Positions 1 through 13,342 of a stretch of DNA of 64,000 bases are shown here, one piece after another (the stretch's first letter is position 1; every line of letters begins with the position of its first letter). Source of the DNA: Schmidtea polychroa (taxonomy: Eukaryota); the NCBI GenBank assembly GCA_044892525.1, contig CM097888.1, positions 63,178,001 to 63,242,000 of the forward strand, written 5' to 3'. The position numbers and the translations under genes are program-made. The notes below the pieces were generated by a model that saw only the letters and a program-made list of their open reading frames with translations, made no database searches and was not told where the DNA came from.

Positions 1-379
1 AACTCTAAAAACAAAAAGAAACAAAGGAAATTCTTCCAGTTACAAAAAGTGTCATGATGATTGTACCCGCATCGTTAAAATGGTACTTTTGAATTTACCT
101 TTCCATATAGTAGGTTCCCTACTATATTTAGCCTTGCATATTAATTATGCATTTGTTAATTAGTCATTAATAAATTTTTGACTTATATCCTATAAAGTTG
201 TGTTTCACAAATCCTTCATTTTATCTAAATAAATCAGGAGTACCGGAAAGTATTAGGTTATTTTAAAAATCTATAATGTTAAATAATTTGGATTGTAAGG
301 TCTTGCACGTAAGTTGATGAAATTAATTTAAGGCATTGTACGTAGATTTTGTTTTGCCAAAGGATGAATAGCGACCAGA

Positions 380-742
380 AACTATCTGCTGCAACTTATA
401 GTGATGGTGGACGTTCCGGAAACATATTTAATCTTAATGCTGACTTCCTTAAGTCATTAGTTGAGTTTGGCCCACGATAAAGTATATAATGAATTATTGC
501 ATAAGATCAAATTTTCATGGTCAACCATTCAGGAACATTTTAAAAAATTTAGAAAGGTGAATAGACACGTTATTTGGCTTCCTCGCAATCTTTCCGAAAA
601 CAACAAAGCACAACAATGAATTATTTATAATGCGTTTTTAATCAGACAAAAAATATTGTTTTTGCTTCACGTTGTTAATAGTGATGAAAAGAGGCTCTTT
701 TATTCAATATTAAACGATAGAAATGATGGTTTTCTCTTGAAC
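380..742 (+). mobile_element. Degenerate mariner (Tc1/mariner) transposase fragment
   Basis: Translation with stops and frameshifts gives ...WLPRNLSENNKAQQ...HVVNSDEK..., resembling the mariner WVPHEL and VTGDEKW motifs. It is interrupted at 743 by a hAT terminus. Confidence 0.65.
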
Positions 743-2186
743 CAGAGGTTCCCAAACTTTTTTTCTCTCGTAGACCACTGCTACTGAAAGATTTAAATTT
801 TAAACTGTAGTATAGTGGGAAAAAATAAAAAATGCTGAAACTTAAAACATGTTAAGTATTATACATTTATTAATTAAATTCAAATTATAATGAACGCAAT
901 TAAAATTATGTATCTGTTACATCAAATAAATAAGCAAAAATATTTAATGGGAGGGATGAATTTGGTGCTTTAATAGTAAATGTTCAACATTTGGCATAAA
1001 TTTAGTAAGATTTAATCTTAGATCTCCTCGGTTAATAATGTCCAGTTTGTTTCTTTTTTTTTGTTATGAGATTGGCAACTGCGCCGAAACCCCTTTCCAC
1101 TAGGTATAAAGTTGGAAAAGCAATTAAAAACTTTCTCGCGATATTCCATAATTCGGGATAAGTAACAGGTATATCTTTTTTCAAGCCAGAATTGCAAATA
1201 TCTGTTTCTAACCTTAACTTAAGTTCTTCGTTAGTGCTTATTCCGAACAATTCCTTTGTAAAATGGCATCAGTTTCTTCAATGTCATCATATGGATTGAT
1301 TACCCACTGCGGTATTACCATAGCCAACATATCTTCAAACCTAGTTTCAAAATCTGAATAAGGAGCATTTAAATGTTGAAAGTAGGTTGAATTATCGTCT
1401 TTCTGGCAGTTTATCTGACAAATTGGGAAACGGAAAATTCGCGTCGTCCAATATTTTGCATCATTAGCTTAATTTTAGCAAGAAATGCTGAAATGCTGGA
1501 CTTGGTTTTGATCAAATTTAGACTGTCACCTTGTACCTGCAAGTTAACAATATTAAATTTAGCAAACAAATCTGTTAAATAGGCAATGTCCGTTTTCCTC
1601 TTCATTAAATTTTCTTTTAAAATTTTATCTTTCTTACCCAGAAACTCTAAAATAGTCTCAAAAAGTGTAAAAAGTTTTGTCAAGCATAAGCATTTCGACA
1701 GCCAGCGTACTTTAGTGTGAAGGAGTAATTGATAAAAGTTCTTGTCATTTTCTTCACACAACTGCGCGAATAACTGAGTATCTAACTCATTATTTCGGAT
1801 TTTGTTTACTGTATCAATGACTAATTGAAGAGATTCATGTAATCTAACATTCAAATTTTTAGCAACTAAATGTTGTCGATGGATGACGTAGTGTATTGCT
1901 AACACCATGGATACATTTTGTTTTAAATAGCTTATAAATTCACGATAATGCCCAACCATGGCAGGTGCTCCACCTGTTGCTACAGATATTAGATTTGATA
2001 AAGGTATTGCTTTTTCCATGAAGTAATCCTTCAAAACATGAAATATTGATTCGCCTTTAGTCTCGGTTGTCAAAGTTCTCCCAAAGAACAGTTCTTCGTG
2101 GATTTCTTGATCCACAATAAACGGATATATGCCACTTGAAATCGCCTTTTTTCTTCATTACGATTATAAGATTTTATAGTGTTATT
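743..2186 (-). mobile_element. hAT (Charlie/Buster, ZBED5/ZBED8/SCAND3-like) transposon, 3' portion with broken transposase
   Basis: A Charlie-type terminus CAGAGGTTCCCAAAC starts at 743. ORFs 1411-2115 (HYVIHRQHLVAK, LLLHTKVRWLSK, AYLTDLFAKFN) and 1032-1250 (FPTLYLVERGF) carry Charlie-type transposase motifs. Confidence 0.9.
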
Positions 2187-3476
2187 TTTGAGTTACATGT
2201 GAAAAAAACTTCATGATAATGAAAATAAACCATATGTTCAAAGAAAACAAAACAGGTCAAAAGTAAACAAAATTGTTCACTGATTGTATTTATTATAAGT
2301 CAATATTTTTAATTATTAACATGAATATTTCAAATTTTGATGTTTTGCGGAAAATGTGTATTTTAAATCCGATTAAAATAATGTCAATGAAAAATTAAAA
2401 TCTATCAATAAGAAACGATATAAAATATTTTTTTTAATAATAAGATATGAATTAGACAAAAGATGATGAACCTATGGTATACGTTTCAAAGGTGACACGT
2501 AGCAAACTTTGCTGATATGTGAACTATTTACGAATAATATCGAATGATAGCAATAATATATTCTAATTATTTTTTAAAAATTTTAGAATTTGTTCAATTT
2601 TAATTTTTATATTCAAGGGGCTTTTATATAAAAGGGCTTTCCCACGACAACACTTTCCAGTATATTATTTTCTGATCCACGCCGTCGCTAATCGCATTTC
2701 TTCTCATCATTAGGTGGATTCTAACTCTGGAAAGTTCATTATTGCTGTATATATTGATAGTGGTTTTAGAATGTTTTAAGTAATTACATTTATTTACAAA
2801 AGATTGCTTTTAAAATTTGAATAAATTTGCTTCAAATAATAAATAAAAGCAAAAGTTATCAGAATCCAGCAGCGAGAATTCTTAAGCTGATGAACTGAAG
2901 TGTGATATGATCAATGAAGGTAATAGAATGAATTCCTCTGAGAAACGCAATGATATTTATTTAACATCCCTAATTAAATATATCGATAATTATTCAAATA
3001 ATTTCTACTAGTTTCATTGTTTTTAAAGTAATTGCTAAACAATGCAAACATTTCGGTAATGAAGGATATATGATAGACGTATTAGAGATTTTGGAAAAGG
3101 GAAATACTTTTTTTAAAATAGAATATGGATCTGACTAGAAATATGACCTATATTTGTGTTATTGTATACTAAAATTTTCTAATTTATCGTAATAAAAATC
3201 TTCAGAATCGTGGAAATGTTCTTCAATCATTTTACTATCACAACATATTATGAATAATTTTTCACTTCATTCAAATTTTTATATTTGATTTAGTTTTTGT
3301 ATATTTTTGGTTTTGTTTGATTTAGCATAAGTTTATATTGTAGGTTGTTGACTATATATTTTTATTAATCGGCAAAAATTTTAACAAAAATAAAATGCAA
3401 CATTTGAATTTTGGAATGTATTAAAATTAAAACACACAATCACTTTAATCCAAATATTAAATAAATTTGTATTTGT

Positions 3477-4162
3477 TCATCAGGATCAATTAAAAATGTT
3501 CAAATTATTTATTCATAAAATCTGTATTCAACATTTGATTTTTTGAACTTATTTTTTCCGCAGTATATTATCACTAGTGTCTATTGGACTTAAGTAAAGA
3601 TTAATTATGTTAGTTTTGTGCATTTAAACAATTTATTTTTATGCAACTAAATGTTGTCGATGGATGACGTAGTGTATTGCTAACACCATGGATACATTTT
3701 GTTTTAAATAGCTTATAAATTCACGATAATGCCCAACCATGGCAGGTGCTCCACCTGTTGCTACAGATATTAGATTTGATAAAGGTATTGCTTTTTCCAT
3801 GAAGTAATCCTTCAAAACATGAAATATTGATTCGCCTTTAGTCTCGGTTGTCAAAGTTCTCCCAAAGAACAGTTCTTCGTGGATTTCTTGATCCACAATA
3901 AACGGATATATGCCACTTGAAATCGCCTTTTTTCTTCATTACGATTATAAGATTTTATAGTGTTATTGTTTTTAAAGCAAAAATTTGTAATTGATCATCA
4001 GGATCAATTAAAAATGTTCAAATTATTTATTCATAAAATCTGTATTCAACATTTGATTTTTTGAACTTATTTTTTCCGCAGTATATTATCACTAGTGTCT
4101 ATTGGACTTAAGTAAAGATTAATTATGTTAGTTTTGTGCATTTAAACAATTTATTTTTATGC
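3477..4162 (+). repeat. 168-bp direct repeat (3477-3644 and 3995-4162) flanking the duplicated hAT fragment
   Basis: The block tcatcaggatcaattaaaaatg...tttatgc occurs twice. Confidence 0.95.
3643..3967 (-). repeat. Copy of hAT transposase fragment 1862-2186 (325 bp, identical by eye)
   Basis: The sequence matches 1862-2186 at offset 1781, and the ORF track gives the same N-terminal translation for both. Confidence 0.95.
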
Positions 4163-4294
4163 TAGAGAAACCGAATGTCGAATAATCTAGGTGTTTCTTA
4201 TAACTGAATTTTTGAATTAAATGCAAAATTAGTAATTTATTCGAGAAATTTTACATAATTAAAATCATTTTTTTTTAATTTTATCTGTATTTAG

Positions 4295-7200
4295 GGTGCA
4301 CTCCTGGTTACAAAGAAATGTTTACTGGTGATGATTATGAATCTTGGATGTTTCGCGGAGGTTTAATTACTGAATTTCAGGTATTTAAATTATTTTATAA
4401 TATTCACTAAAATATAAAAAGGATTTTGAAGGAGTGTGAAAATGAAAAAATCTTTATTTTTCTTTATGGAACTTCATAAAGGTCTAGGAGTATAACGCTG
4501 GGCATCGGAGTTTAGAAATTGAAAAGAAATTTGCTCGGTTTCGGCAATTTTTGCAATGATTAAAATAGCATTAAATAAAATAATGTCATAATGCATAGAT
4601 AATGTTAAATATTTTTCTGATTTTAAGTCATTTTACAGTTAAAATTTTGGCACGAATTTTGAAATGAGATAGTTTTTGCTACCTTGAACATATTTTACTT
4701 TACGCCTCAGAAATTGTTAATAATAAACAATTTGGTAGTTCGTTCAATCGTGGCTTCCAAAACCCAGTGATCTTTCCACAATATGGTTCTTCAAAATTTT
4801 GAATCTTTATTTGGATTGAATTTGGAATGAAATAATCATTATTAGTGTCGTTTAATTGCGGGAACAATTGCCGTTATAAAATTAAGTGTTAATGTTTGAT
4901 GTAATGACACATGCCTAGAACACTAAAAAATAACCAGAATATGTGAAGTCCGTCTTTTTGATTTGTTGGTAATTCTAGTGTTAAGAAACACTGCCTATAT
5001 TGCTGAAATTCATTTAATATTATTATTTTAACGATCAATTTATTCAATATTCAATGAATTAATTCATAAATTTCTATTTATTATGCTTTTTGCTTTAAAT
5101 GATGTATTTCGCCATTAGTTGGAATTCCACGTTACCATTTTATTGTTCATGTAACAAAACAATCGCAAACATTAAAGATAAAATGCGATATAACGAATGT
5201 AATTAAAATGATTCTTTTTCATTTATTTAGTAGTATAAAAGCTTTTTCATTTTTTATATTGCTAAAATTAATTAATTTCAAAACCGCAAGATTTTTGCTA
5301 AATGCACTAAAAATAGGAGAATAAGTTTTCAGTACTTGAAAAATTTTCATGCACTTGACTTAAGATATAAGCTTTGGCCTTAATTTTAGCCTTTAATTTT
5401 GTTACTATTTCTGTTATTGGAATAAAATTTATTTAAGTAATTGAAATGAAAATTAGGGAAATTACTAATGAGAATATAATTTGACAAATTACGTCTTGGA
5501 TTTATAAATAGTTTTTAATATCATATTGTATATTTTATCTGTAGATTGTTTCAATTTCTTTAAAATCGAAAATATTCATCAGTGTAACAAAGAATTCGTC
5601 CATAGTAAATTTCAGACTTTTTAAGGTTATTAGAAACAGAAGATATTAGTAGGTAAAGGAATGAATTCAAGCTTCCTATGCTTTTATTTTAAGTTTTACT
5701 GAAGAAAAATTTATTGTTTACCTTTGAGTAAATTTTAAAATAAAATCTGTTTTTATAAATGTTTGGTACATTTGACATATATTTGATGTTTTTTTATGTT
5801 AGTTTTGTGAAATTATTCTTGGGTGTAATATTTCACAAGAAATTACCCGATGAATTTGTTATTGCAACAGTTTTTTCTTATTCTTCTGAGACTGGTTGGG
5901 ATTTTCAGATGTTTCTTTATAACTTTCATAGAAACGCATATTTTATATTCATTTAGTAATAGATTCATAACCCACACTAGTATTTGTTATAGTTTATGAG
6001 GTTCTTCCATATCCGATTGCATTATTTACATGAATAACAATTGCTATTTTCCAATATTATCTTAAAATTACATCTTTTCGTATAAGTTTTTTCCACTTCT
6101 AACTTTTAACAATTCCTTTTAAAGGTTAAATCCTGCAAATATTTGATAATGTTTTCCCGTATTAATCAATACTTTTTAATATTTTTATACACGGTTCTAT
6201 ATTTCAGAGGATGTTTCCGGTTGATAACGCATATGATCTTTTTCCAATAAGAGCTTCATTCATTCAATATTCTCCTGATTTCACAGTCAACGGTTTATTG
6301 TCAGAACCTACAGATAGTGAAAAATCATCCTCGTCTATTTCACATAATGGTTGTCATCTCACAAAAATCTCTCGACCGATTTATTCAAAGCCTTCTATGT
6401 TTAATGTTCGTCCATTCAGAGATGAAGATCGTCCATCTATTTATTCCTTGTGCTTTACTCTTGTTAACAATCGAGCTACTCTGTCAGCTAACGATTATAA
6501 ATGTTATTCAGAAGATATTTTCAATCTCCCGGGAGATCGGTAAATGCTTGTTTTGTTTAATTATTGAAATATTTTTCTTTTTAGATATGTTGGAGTTTTT
6601 CTGGATAATTTTCCTGAATTTTGTCTTGTTTTAGAAAATGAGGATTCAGTAATAGTCGGATACGCTGTCGCTTGCATGAATGTATTGGAATTTCAGAAAT
6701 ATCGTAACCAGGAATATTTACCGAAAATGAGAAATAAATATTCTAAATATTTTATTAATAACTCCATCACAGACATTGAAATGACAGACTCAACATACTC
6801 AGGTGCCGTCAGATCGGCTATTCAGGTAAGATTTACACTTATCGTATATCTTTTTTGATAATTAAATTTGCATATTATGTATTTGGATTTATAAAGTGTC
6901 TAAATTACAATTAACAATGAAACACTTCAGCTAATTTCTATTCACGGTCATACTATTGGAATCGAAGTAATGAAGTTGTACCTTTGGGTTTGTGTGAACA
7001 GAAAAAAATTTTGGTGGCTGTTATTTTGCTAATAATATCATTTAAATCCTTTTTTATGATTTTATTCTATTTATTTCTTCTAAACTATAGCTCAATAACA
7101 TATGTTGTTTTCCATATTAATAGAAATAAATAATAATCCACCTTGTAAATAACCTTGTTCTTTATAAGCTTTTATTATAACCTCATATAGTGGTACTTCG

Positions 7201-10200
7201 ACTTATGAAATTAATTCGTTCTGGAAGTCGTTTCGTAACGTGAAAATTTCGTAAGTAGAGCCTTTTTTTCCTTGTAAATGCCCTAATCGGTTCCAAGCCC
7301 CAAAATTATAAAAATACACGATTAACAACTTCTCCATCTCGTCGTTCAGTGCGGATATCCCTTTCGAAATGACAGAAGGACCTTTGGAAGTAGTCGTTGT
7401 TTTTATTTTAATATCGTACCTATTGTGGATGGATTACGGCCATATTCTTCGGCTAGATCAACCAAACGCATCCCTTTTTCGTACTTTTTTATTATCTCTA
7501 GCTTTGTTTGTATGGACAAAACATCTCTCTTCTTCTTCGCACCACTTTTTCCCATCACTTTCCTGGGATCCATAGTTAATACAAGTTTGACATAATTTGA
7601 CAAATTCAAATATTTAAACAAAATTAATTATTAAGTATTTTGAAGTTTTCACCTTTCGTAACCTGAAATTTATTTTGTAACCAGAGGTGATATTTTTCGT
7701 GTGTAGAGCCGTTTGTAAGTAGAGGTACCGCTGTATTAATTGTTTATGTATTTCGTTGTGATTTTCGTTACAAATTGATTAATCGTTGATTACAATGTCA
7801 AACGAGCTACTGATTCCCTTTTCTTACTACAGATCTCGATGCATTGACGGAACTCGATATGATCTATGTCTAATAGTGCGTCAATCATTAATTTCAAAAT
7901 CGTTTTCAGTTCACTGCATAACATTGGTCTGTCAGTTCACATACAGATACAGTTTAAACTCCTATAAACTTCACTCATCTGGTATTGCTATTTTGAATTA
8001 GTTGTTATTGCATATTATTTCAAATTTGTTATTGAATAATAATGATGTAATTTATAATCCCTATAAACATGTCTCTTCTGTGATCATAAGCCAATTTGGA
8101 CATGGCATGAAAATATAATATTTAAGATAAAATAGTTTTTCAAGATCAAGTTAAGTCCTCATCCGAGTAACAAAATCTCAAGAATTTCTTTGACAATTTG
8201 TGACTGCTTACATTAGAACCAATCAGAGTTTTAATAATTTCATAATCATTCATAGAAAATATCCAGAATTTGTGCTAATTATTATTTCTAATGTGGTCTG
8301 AAAAACTCTTGAGGGGTCTTTAGGTTAAAAAGGAAGTAAATAAATATTTGTGTTCATATTTAATCCTCTTAGCTTTAATTTTTACTTATGTTTACTTGTT
8401 ATATAGATTATTTATAAAATCACAATATCCTGACAGCTTTTAAATCTCTTATGAGCAATAATTTTTTAACTTTGTCGATTTTTTGCTTATTTTGTAATTT
8501 TAAATGTTGTATCACATATTTAAGTCCATTAATTTATTACAAAGCTAGGGTTCAACAATTGAGTGAGATATTTTACTCTAAAAACAATTTCATTGAATTA
8601 TCTTGTTGCAATAGGGCTGAAAATATTTTAAGTTGATTATAATATTCTTTTAAATCTTCAATGTTTAACGCCAAAACAAAGTGTGGTCAATAATACTTTT
8701 GTTTCTTCTAAAATTTTTCCTAGCAAATTTTTCCATTTGAAAATATACTTGTCAAATAATGTCATGGCGCTCTTAAAAATTAAAGATCAAATTTTGAAAG
8801 AGAATATAAGAAGTGAGTAGTATGTTGTGAGCTCGTACCACCAAAGGGAAATTTCCACACACCCCAAAAAACATACCCCCTGCGATGGTGGGTATGCTGA
8901 AATTTACCAACCACTAAAATCATTGTTACCTCCCTCCGCCAATAAACTTTTTTTCATTTTTTATTTCACAAATTAATTGCCCAATTTCAAAGATTTATAG
9001 ATCATGGATCTATAAATCTTTGAAATCCACCGAGATTTCTGTAAAATCCTAAAACAAAACAAATTTTCAGTATGCCTCCTATGTAGGGGTAAGTTTTAAG
9101 GGATGGGCAGCATTTTCCCATTTGTGTTACGGTCTCATAACATACTGCTGAATAGGCAAAGCTGCGGAAGGAAAAATTATTTTATTCTTTAACTTGGTAA
9201 GTACTATCTTATCGTATCTGTACATATTGCCTAAACTAGTATGCTCTTTACCCATTTTAGCTAATTAATATTTCCTTCCGTATAAATTGGAGCAGAGAAA
9301 GTTATGAAATTAAATGCTCGAAGGAAATTATACAAATTAAAAGTACTCAAAAGAAAGTTTAGAAGATTTTGAACAAATATAAATTTTATTCAAATTTACT
9401 AATCATGAGATTGTTAGGCAATTATTATTGTGCTTATCATTATTATTTATCTATTACCGAAATTTTTTAAATATCTTTTCAATTGATTAGTACTCCGGGA
9501 CGTATTTTTTGGTAATTTTATTACTAATAACCCTATATAAATGTCACTTGTTCAAACAAATTTAATGCCTAAAAGCCTTGTATTTTTCTTTAAGTCTTTC
9601 TGGTCCTGAAACGTTTAACTGTGTTATCCCTAATTGGATAAGTATTTTCTTGTACAAAACAAAATAACAATTGCGTTTTTCACATATCATTTTGTAGAAT
9701 ATGATCAATCAATTTCAACACGAACAATGTTCAATGCCTCAATCTGAAAACTCAGTTGTATTTTATTTTGATATGAAAGAATGTTACAAACCGAACGACC
9801 TTGACACTATTGACAGTTTAACTCGACGATTATTAATTTGTTTATTCTCAGCATTAAAGACTGCAGCTGCCGAAGTGAGTAATATTTTATGTTAATATCT
9901 ATAAAAAAATTATTACCGTGTTAAGAATTCTGATCAAACTCCAACACCAAATTATCCCACCTCTTTAATTGGCACTGGTAGTGCCTTAACTACTTCGTCA
10001 ATTGCTATTGTTTCTCAGGGTAGTCTCATTACTACTTCATCAGTCCCATTAGTAGCCATTGGACCAGTTCTTCAAGTGACGAATAAGGATAGAGCACCGG
10101 TACCTTCTTTGGTGAGTTTCATTTTACTAAAGATGGTGAAACATAAAAGGAAATTTAGCTAGATATTTTACTTATAATTTGTTAATAAAATATATAAGAT

Positions 10201-12431
10201 GGAAAATTATATGGAGAAAGAAATTCGCAAATTATTTATATTTTATATATAACTAATAATTACAAAAAGATTCAAGGCTAAATTTTATTTCACAAAAATT
10301 TAATTAATACCTACTAGGGATTGTATACCGGTTTACCGGTAAATTGGCCAAAAAACATTCGGTAAATTAAAAATCCTTGCTAGAAATTTTTATGTGTAAA
10401 ATATCGTATTTATAAATACCTAAAAGTAAGAGTTACGAGTCCTTTACACGATTTACAAAAAGTTATAATTTTTATAAATAAATTACTTTATATTACATAT
10501 TTTCTAAGTTAATTTGTTTGTATTTTGTACTATTATTCTATTACATTTGATATTAACGTGCCACTTACCAAATCGAGTAACTCCATGTTCTGCAATATTT
10601 GACAGACCCTAATTTGGTCTTTTTGAATCAGGAAAACTACAATATTTTTCATATCACCAAAAAAGCAACAATAATCAAAAGTATTGTGGATATACTTTCG
10701 ATTATCGTTGTGATAGTCAGATTCGGTTAAATCATTCTGATTTTGATACCAGTTTAGAGTCAGATAATAAAATATTGACACTTCTACAGTTAATGTAGAA
10801 ATGCCTATGAAGCAGAAATTATACGATCTGATAAAACAAAAAACAGAATGCCAGGTAAGATCAGTTCCACAACAAAAAAACAAAAATAAATGGCAATATA
10901 TTGTGAAAAAAGAATTGGAGTACTTCCGCCAAGAGAAAATACGAGGAAAGTATATTCAAATGGTATATGATTATTTGATGACAATTCGTCCAACAAGTGA
11001 TGATTTAGAAAGGGTATTCTCGGGTTCTGGGTTATTTTGTACAAAAATAAGAACAAAATTAGGAGATATCACTTTAAATGATTTAAGTTTTTTGAGGAGC
11101 TATTTTTTAAAAAATATTAATAAACAGAAAACTATTAGTTATTAAAGCTATTTCTGTGTCATTATTATTTTTTTACTTTATTTTTATTTGTTTCTAAAAT
11201 ATTATTAAGGTTTGTTTAGATTTATAATAATACATTAATCTTCATATTTTAAATTTTTGAAATAAAAATCATGAAATGGAAATTTAAACTTGTTTTTTTT
11301 CAACTTTATTTTATCTTTTAGAAAAAAAAATTTCCCGGTAAATTTATTTTCATTTAGGGATTTATCGTTAAATTTACAATTCCTAATACCTACCATGACA
11401 ATATGACTGTGAAAGAAAGTTGACCCAAATTTGAAAGTATCTCTCGTTCTTTAAACACTTTTAAACACATTGTTTGAAAATTGAAGCATTGGGTTAAAAA
11501 ACAATTAAGATTATTTAAATTAAAATAAGATAAAAATATATTTAATGAAATAAAAGTTATCTGTAATGAAATATTGCATTGTTATTCTTATGAAATATTC
11601 CTTACTATAAAACAGAAAATACATGTGTCTATCTGTCACAAGAACTCCTCCTAAACGGTTAGTAGTGACGACACAGTATGTCATTTTGGCTGCCATTTCT
11701 AGGTCAACCGTGGTCTTATCAACATTTTTATTTGTAGTGACAATCAATAAGGCCCAAGGGTAATCAGACTTGCATTTAACAGGCGACTTCTCGCATGGAA
11801 AGATGTATGTGAAAATCTCCAGTACTAAAGATAATAACATTTTTCATGAAGAGGATAAACATATTGTATATAGCCAAGTATAGAAATATAAATATATATA
11901 TATATATGTATATATGTAAATTTGTTGATCAGTGGACCAAAAAAATTTCATATTAGTCGAGATATTTAATACTATTATGTTTGCTCTAACAATCATTATT
12001 TTAAACTTATTCTTTACATATGTGGAGAATAATCACGATTATTATTTGGACTCTATATTTTGGATTTTTGAAACTTCGTCAAGAAAGGACACCCATTTTT
12101 TTTATTTTTAAAGTATTAAATAATTCGTATATTATAACGAATTGAGGATGCAATACTTAATAAAATGACATTTTTTCCCATATGTTAAAAGACTACCATA
12201 TTATATAAGTTTTCAGTGTCTTTTAATAGATGTCGATAAAAAAAATATGATATTTCATGAAACGTTTTTTGGTGAAATTCCCATTATTCTATATATGTAT
12301 TTTAGACAGTTTATGCCGAAGTGGATATGTTGAATAAATCTCACAAAGAAGTCTACAAGCGCTATGGATTCACAGAAATAATAAGCACTGACTCAGGCAG
12401 TGATGACACAATTTTGACCAGAATTATTTAA
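4295..12431 (+). CDS. OGA: O-GlcNAcase (protein O-GlcNAc hydrolase), 3' exons (stalk end and pseudo-HAT domain); 5' exons lie upstream of the window
   Basis: Phase-consistent GT-AG exons are 4295-4380, 6208-6539, 6585-6825, 9698-9874, 9926-10111 and 12306-12431 (TAA). GDDYESWMFRGGLITEFQ|RMFPVDNAYDLF resembles OGA [29 protein letters not shown]. Other matching segments are FNVRPFRDEDRPSIYSLC, FCLVLENEDSVIVGYA, ICLFSALK and VYAEV...VYKRYGF. Confidence 0.9.
7188..7733 (-). mobile_element. Internally deleted Tigger/pogo DNA transposon
   Basis: TIRs are (T)AGTGGTACTTCGACTTA and rc CAGCGGTACCTCTACTTA, with TA on both sides. The ORF encodes a CENP-B/psq-type HTH (LSIQTKLEIIKKYEKGMRLVDLAEEYGRNPSTIGTILK). 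Confidence 0.9.
8984..9026. repeat. Perfect 20-bp-arm palindrome with 3-nt loop
   Basis: atttcaaagatttatagatc-atg-gatctataaatctttgaaat. Confidence 0.9.
10315..11385 (+). mobile_element. Internally deleted hAT (Ac/hobo-like) transposon in the last OGA intron
   Basis: Perfect 8-bp TSD ATACCTAC at 10307-10314 and 11386-11393. TIRs are TAGGGATTGT and rc TAGGAATTGT, with ACCGGTAA-type subterminal motifs. ORF 10801-11145 is the hAT C-terminal dimerisation domain (PTSDDLERVFSGSGLFCTKIRTKL). Confidence 0.92.
11630..11883 (+). mobile_element. Helitron Pif1-like helicase C-terminal remnant
   Basis: VTINKAQG*SDLHLTGDFSHGKMYVKISS...KHIVYSQV* resembles the Helitron consensus TINKSQG...FSHGQLYVACSRV...NIVY. 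Confidence 0.7.
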
Positions 12432-13342
12432 ATTTTTCATGGTTTATGCTGACTGAAAATAAATTTTATAATTATTGCGCAACTACTTCAATTGTTGATT
12501 TCCAGATAAAATTTTCATATTAATTTTAGGTGGATTTATGAGCATTTGATTTACCCTAATGATTTTATTTTGTAAATTTTCACTCACTATTTTTTTCATC
12601 ATCTTTCCAAAGAATTTTCATCGATTTATGTATTTTATTATAAAATAACTACACATGTGTAAAGTTGTAAAATTCCATTTCGAAAATTTCGGGTAAATTG
12701 GAATCATGATGTATCTAGGTTTTTTGTTGTATTTAATTAAAATGTTTATATTTTATTTATTTAATAATTTTCAGTTAATTCTTCTTTAGTTTTAGTTTTC
12801 ATAAAGTTAGTACACCTAATTCTGTTTTCACACGATAGATACGTTCTTAAAAAATTCGTGTAAAAAAAGAGATTGGCTGAATGGAAAAATAGTAGATTGT
12901 TTCATACCTAAAAAATCAACAAAAGTATATAATAAATATAAAAAATCCTTGTTAGAGTTCACAAAAGAATTTATTTTTTGTGCTTACACATTTTAATTCA
13001 TTAAACGTATTATATAACAAATAAATTATGATTTGAAAAAAAGAAAATAATATCAGAAATTCATTAATATAAAAGAAGTAAAAATAATATAAACATAACA
13101 AATTTTTATTCATTGTCATTTTCTGACACACGTATATGTTTGCATAAGACTACAATATCACTAGTTTCATGTGTTGATAATTCAGAAATTTTTTGAACGA
13201 AATCAGTTATTAAAGATTGTGTTTGGTTTCGTGTTAAACCATTATAAAGTTCTCTGTAAAATATTCATGTATGTATACACAATTTGTGAAAAATGAAAAT
13301 AAAAAAAATTAATAGAACATCAAAAAAAAATTCATAATATTG

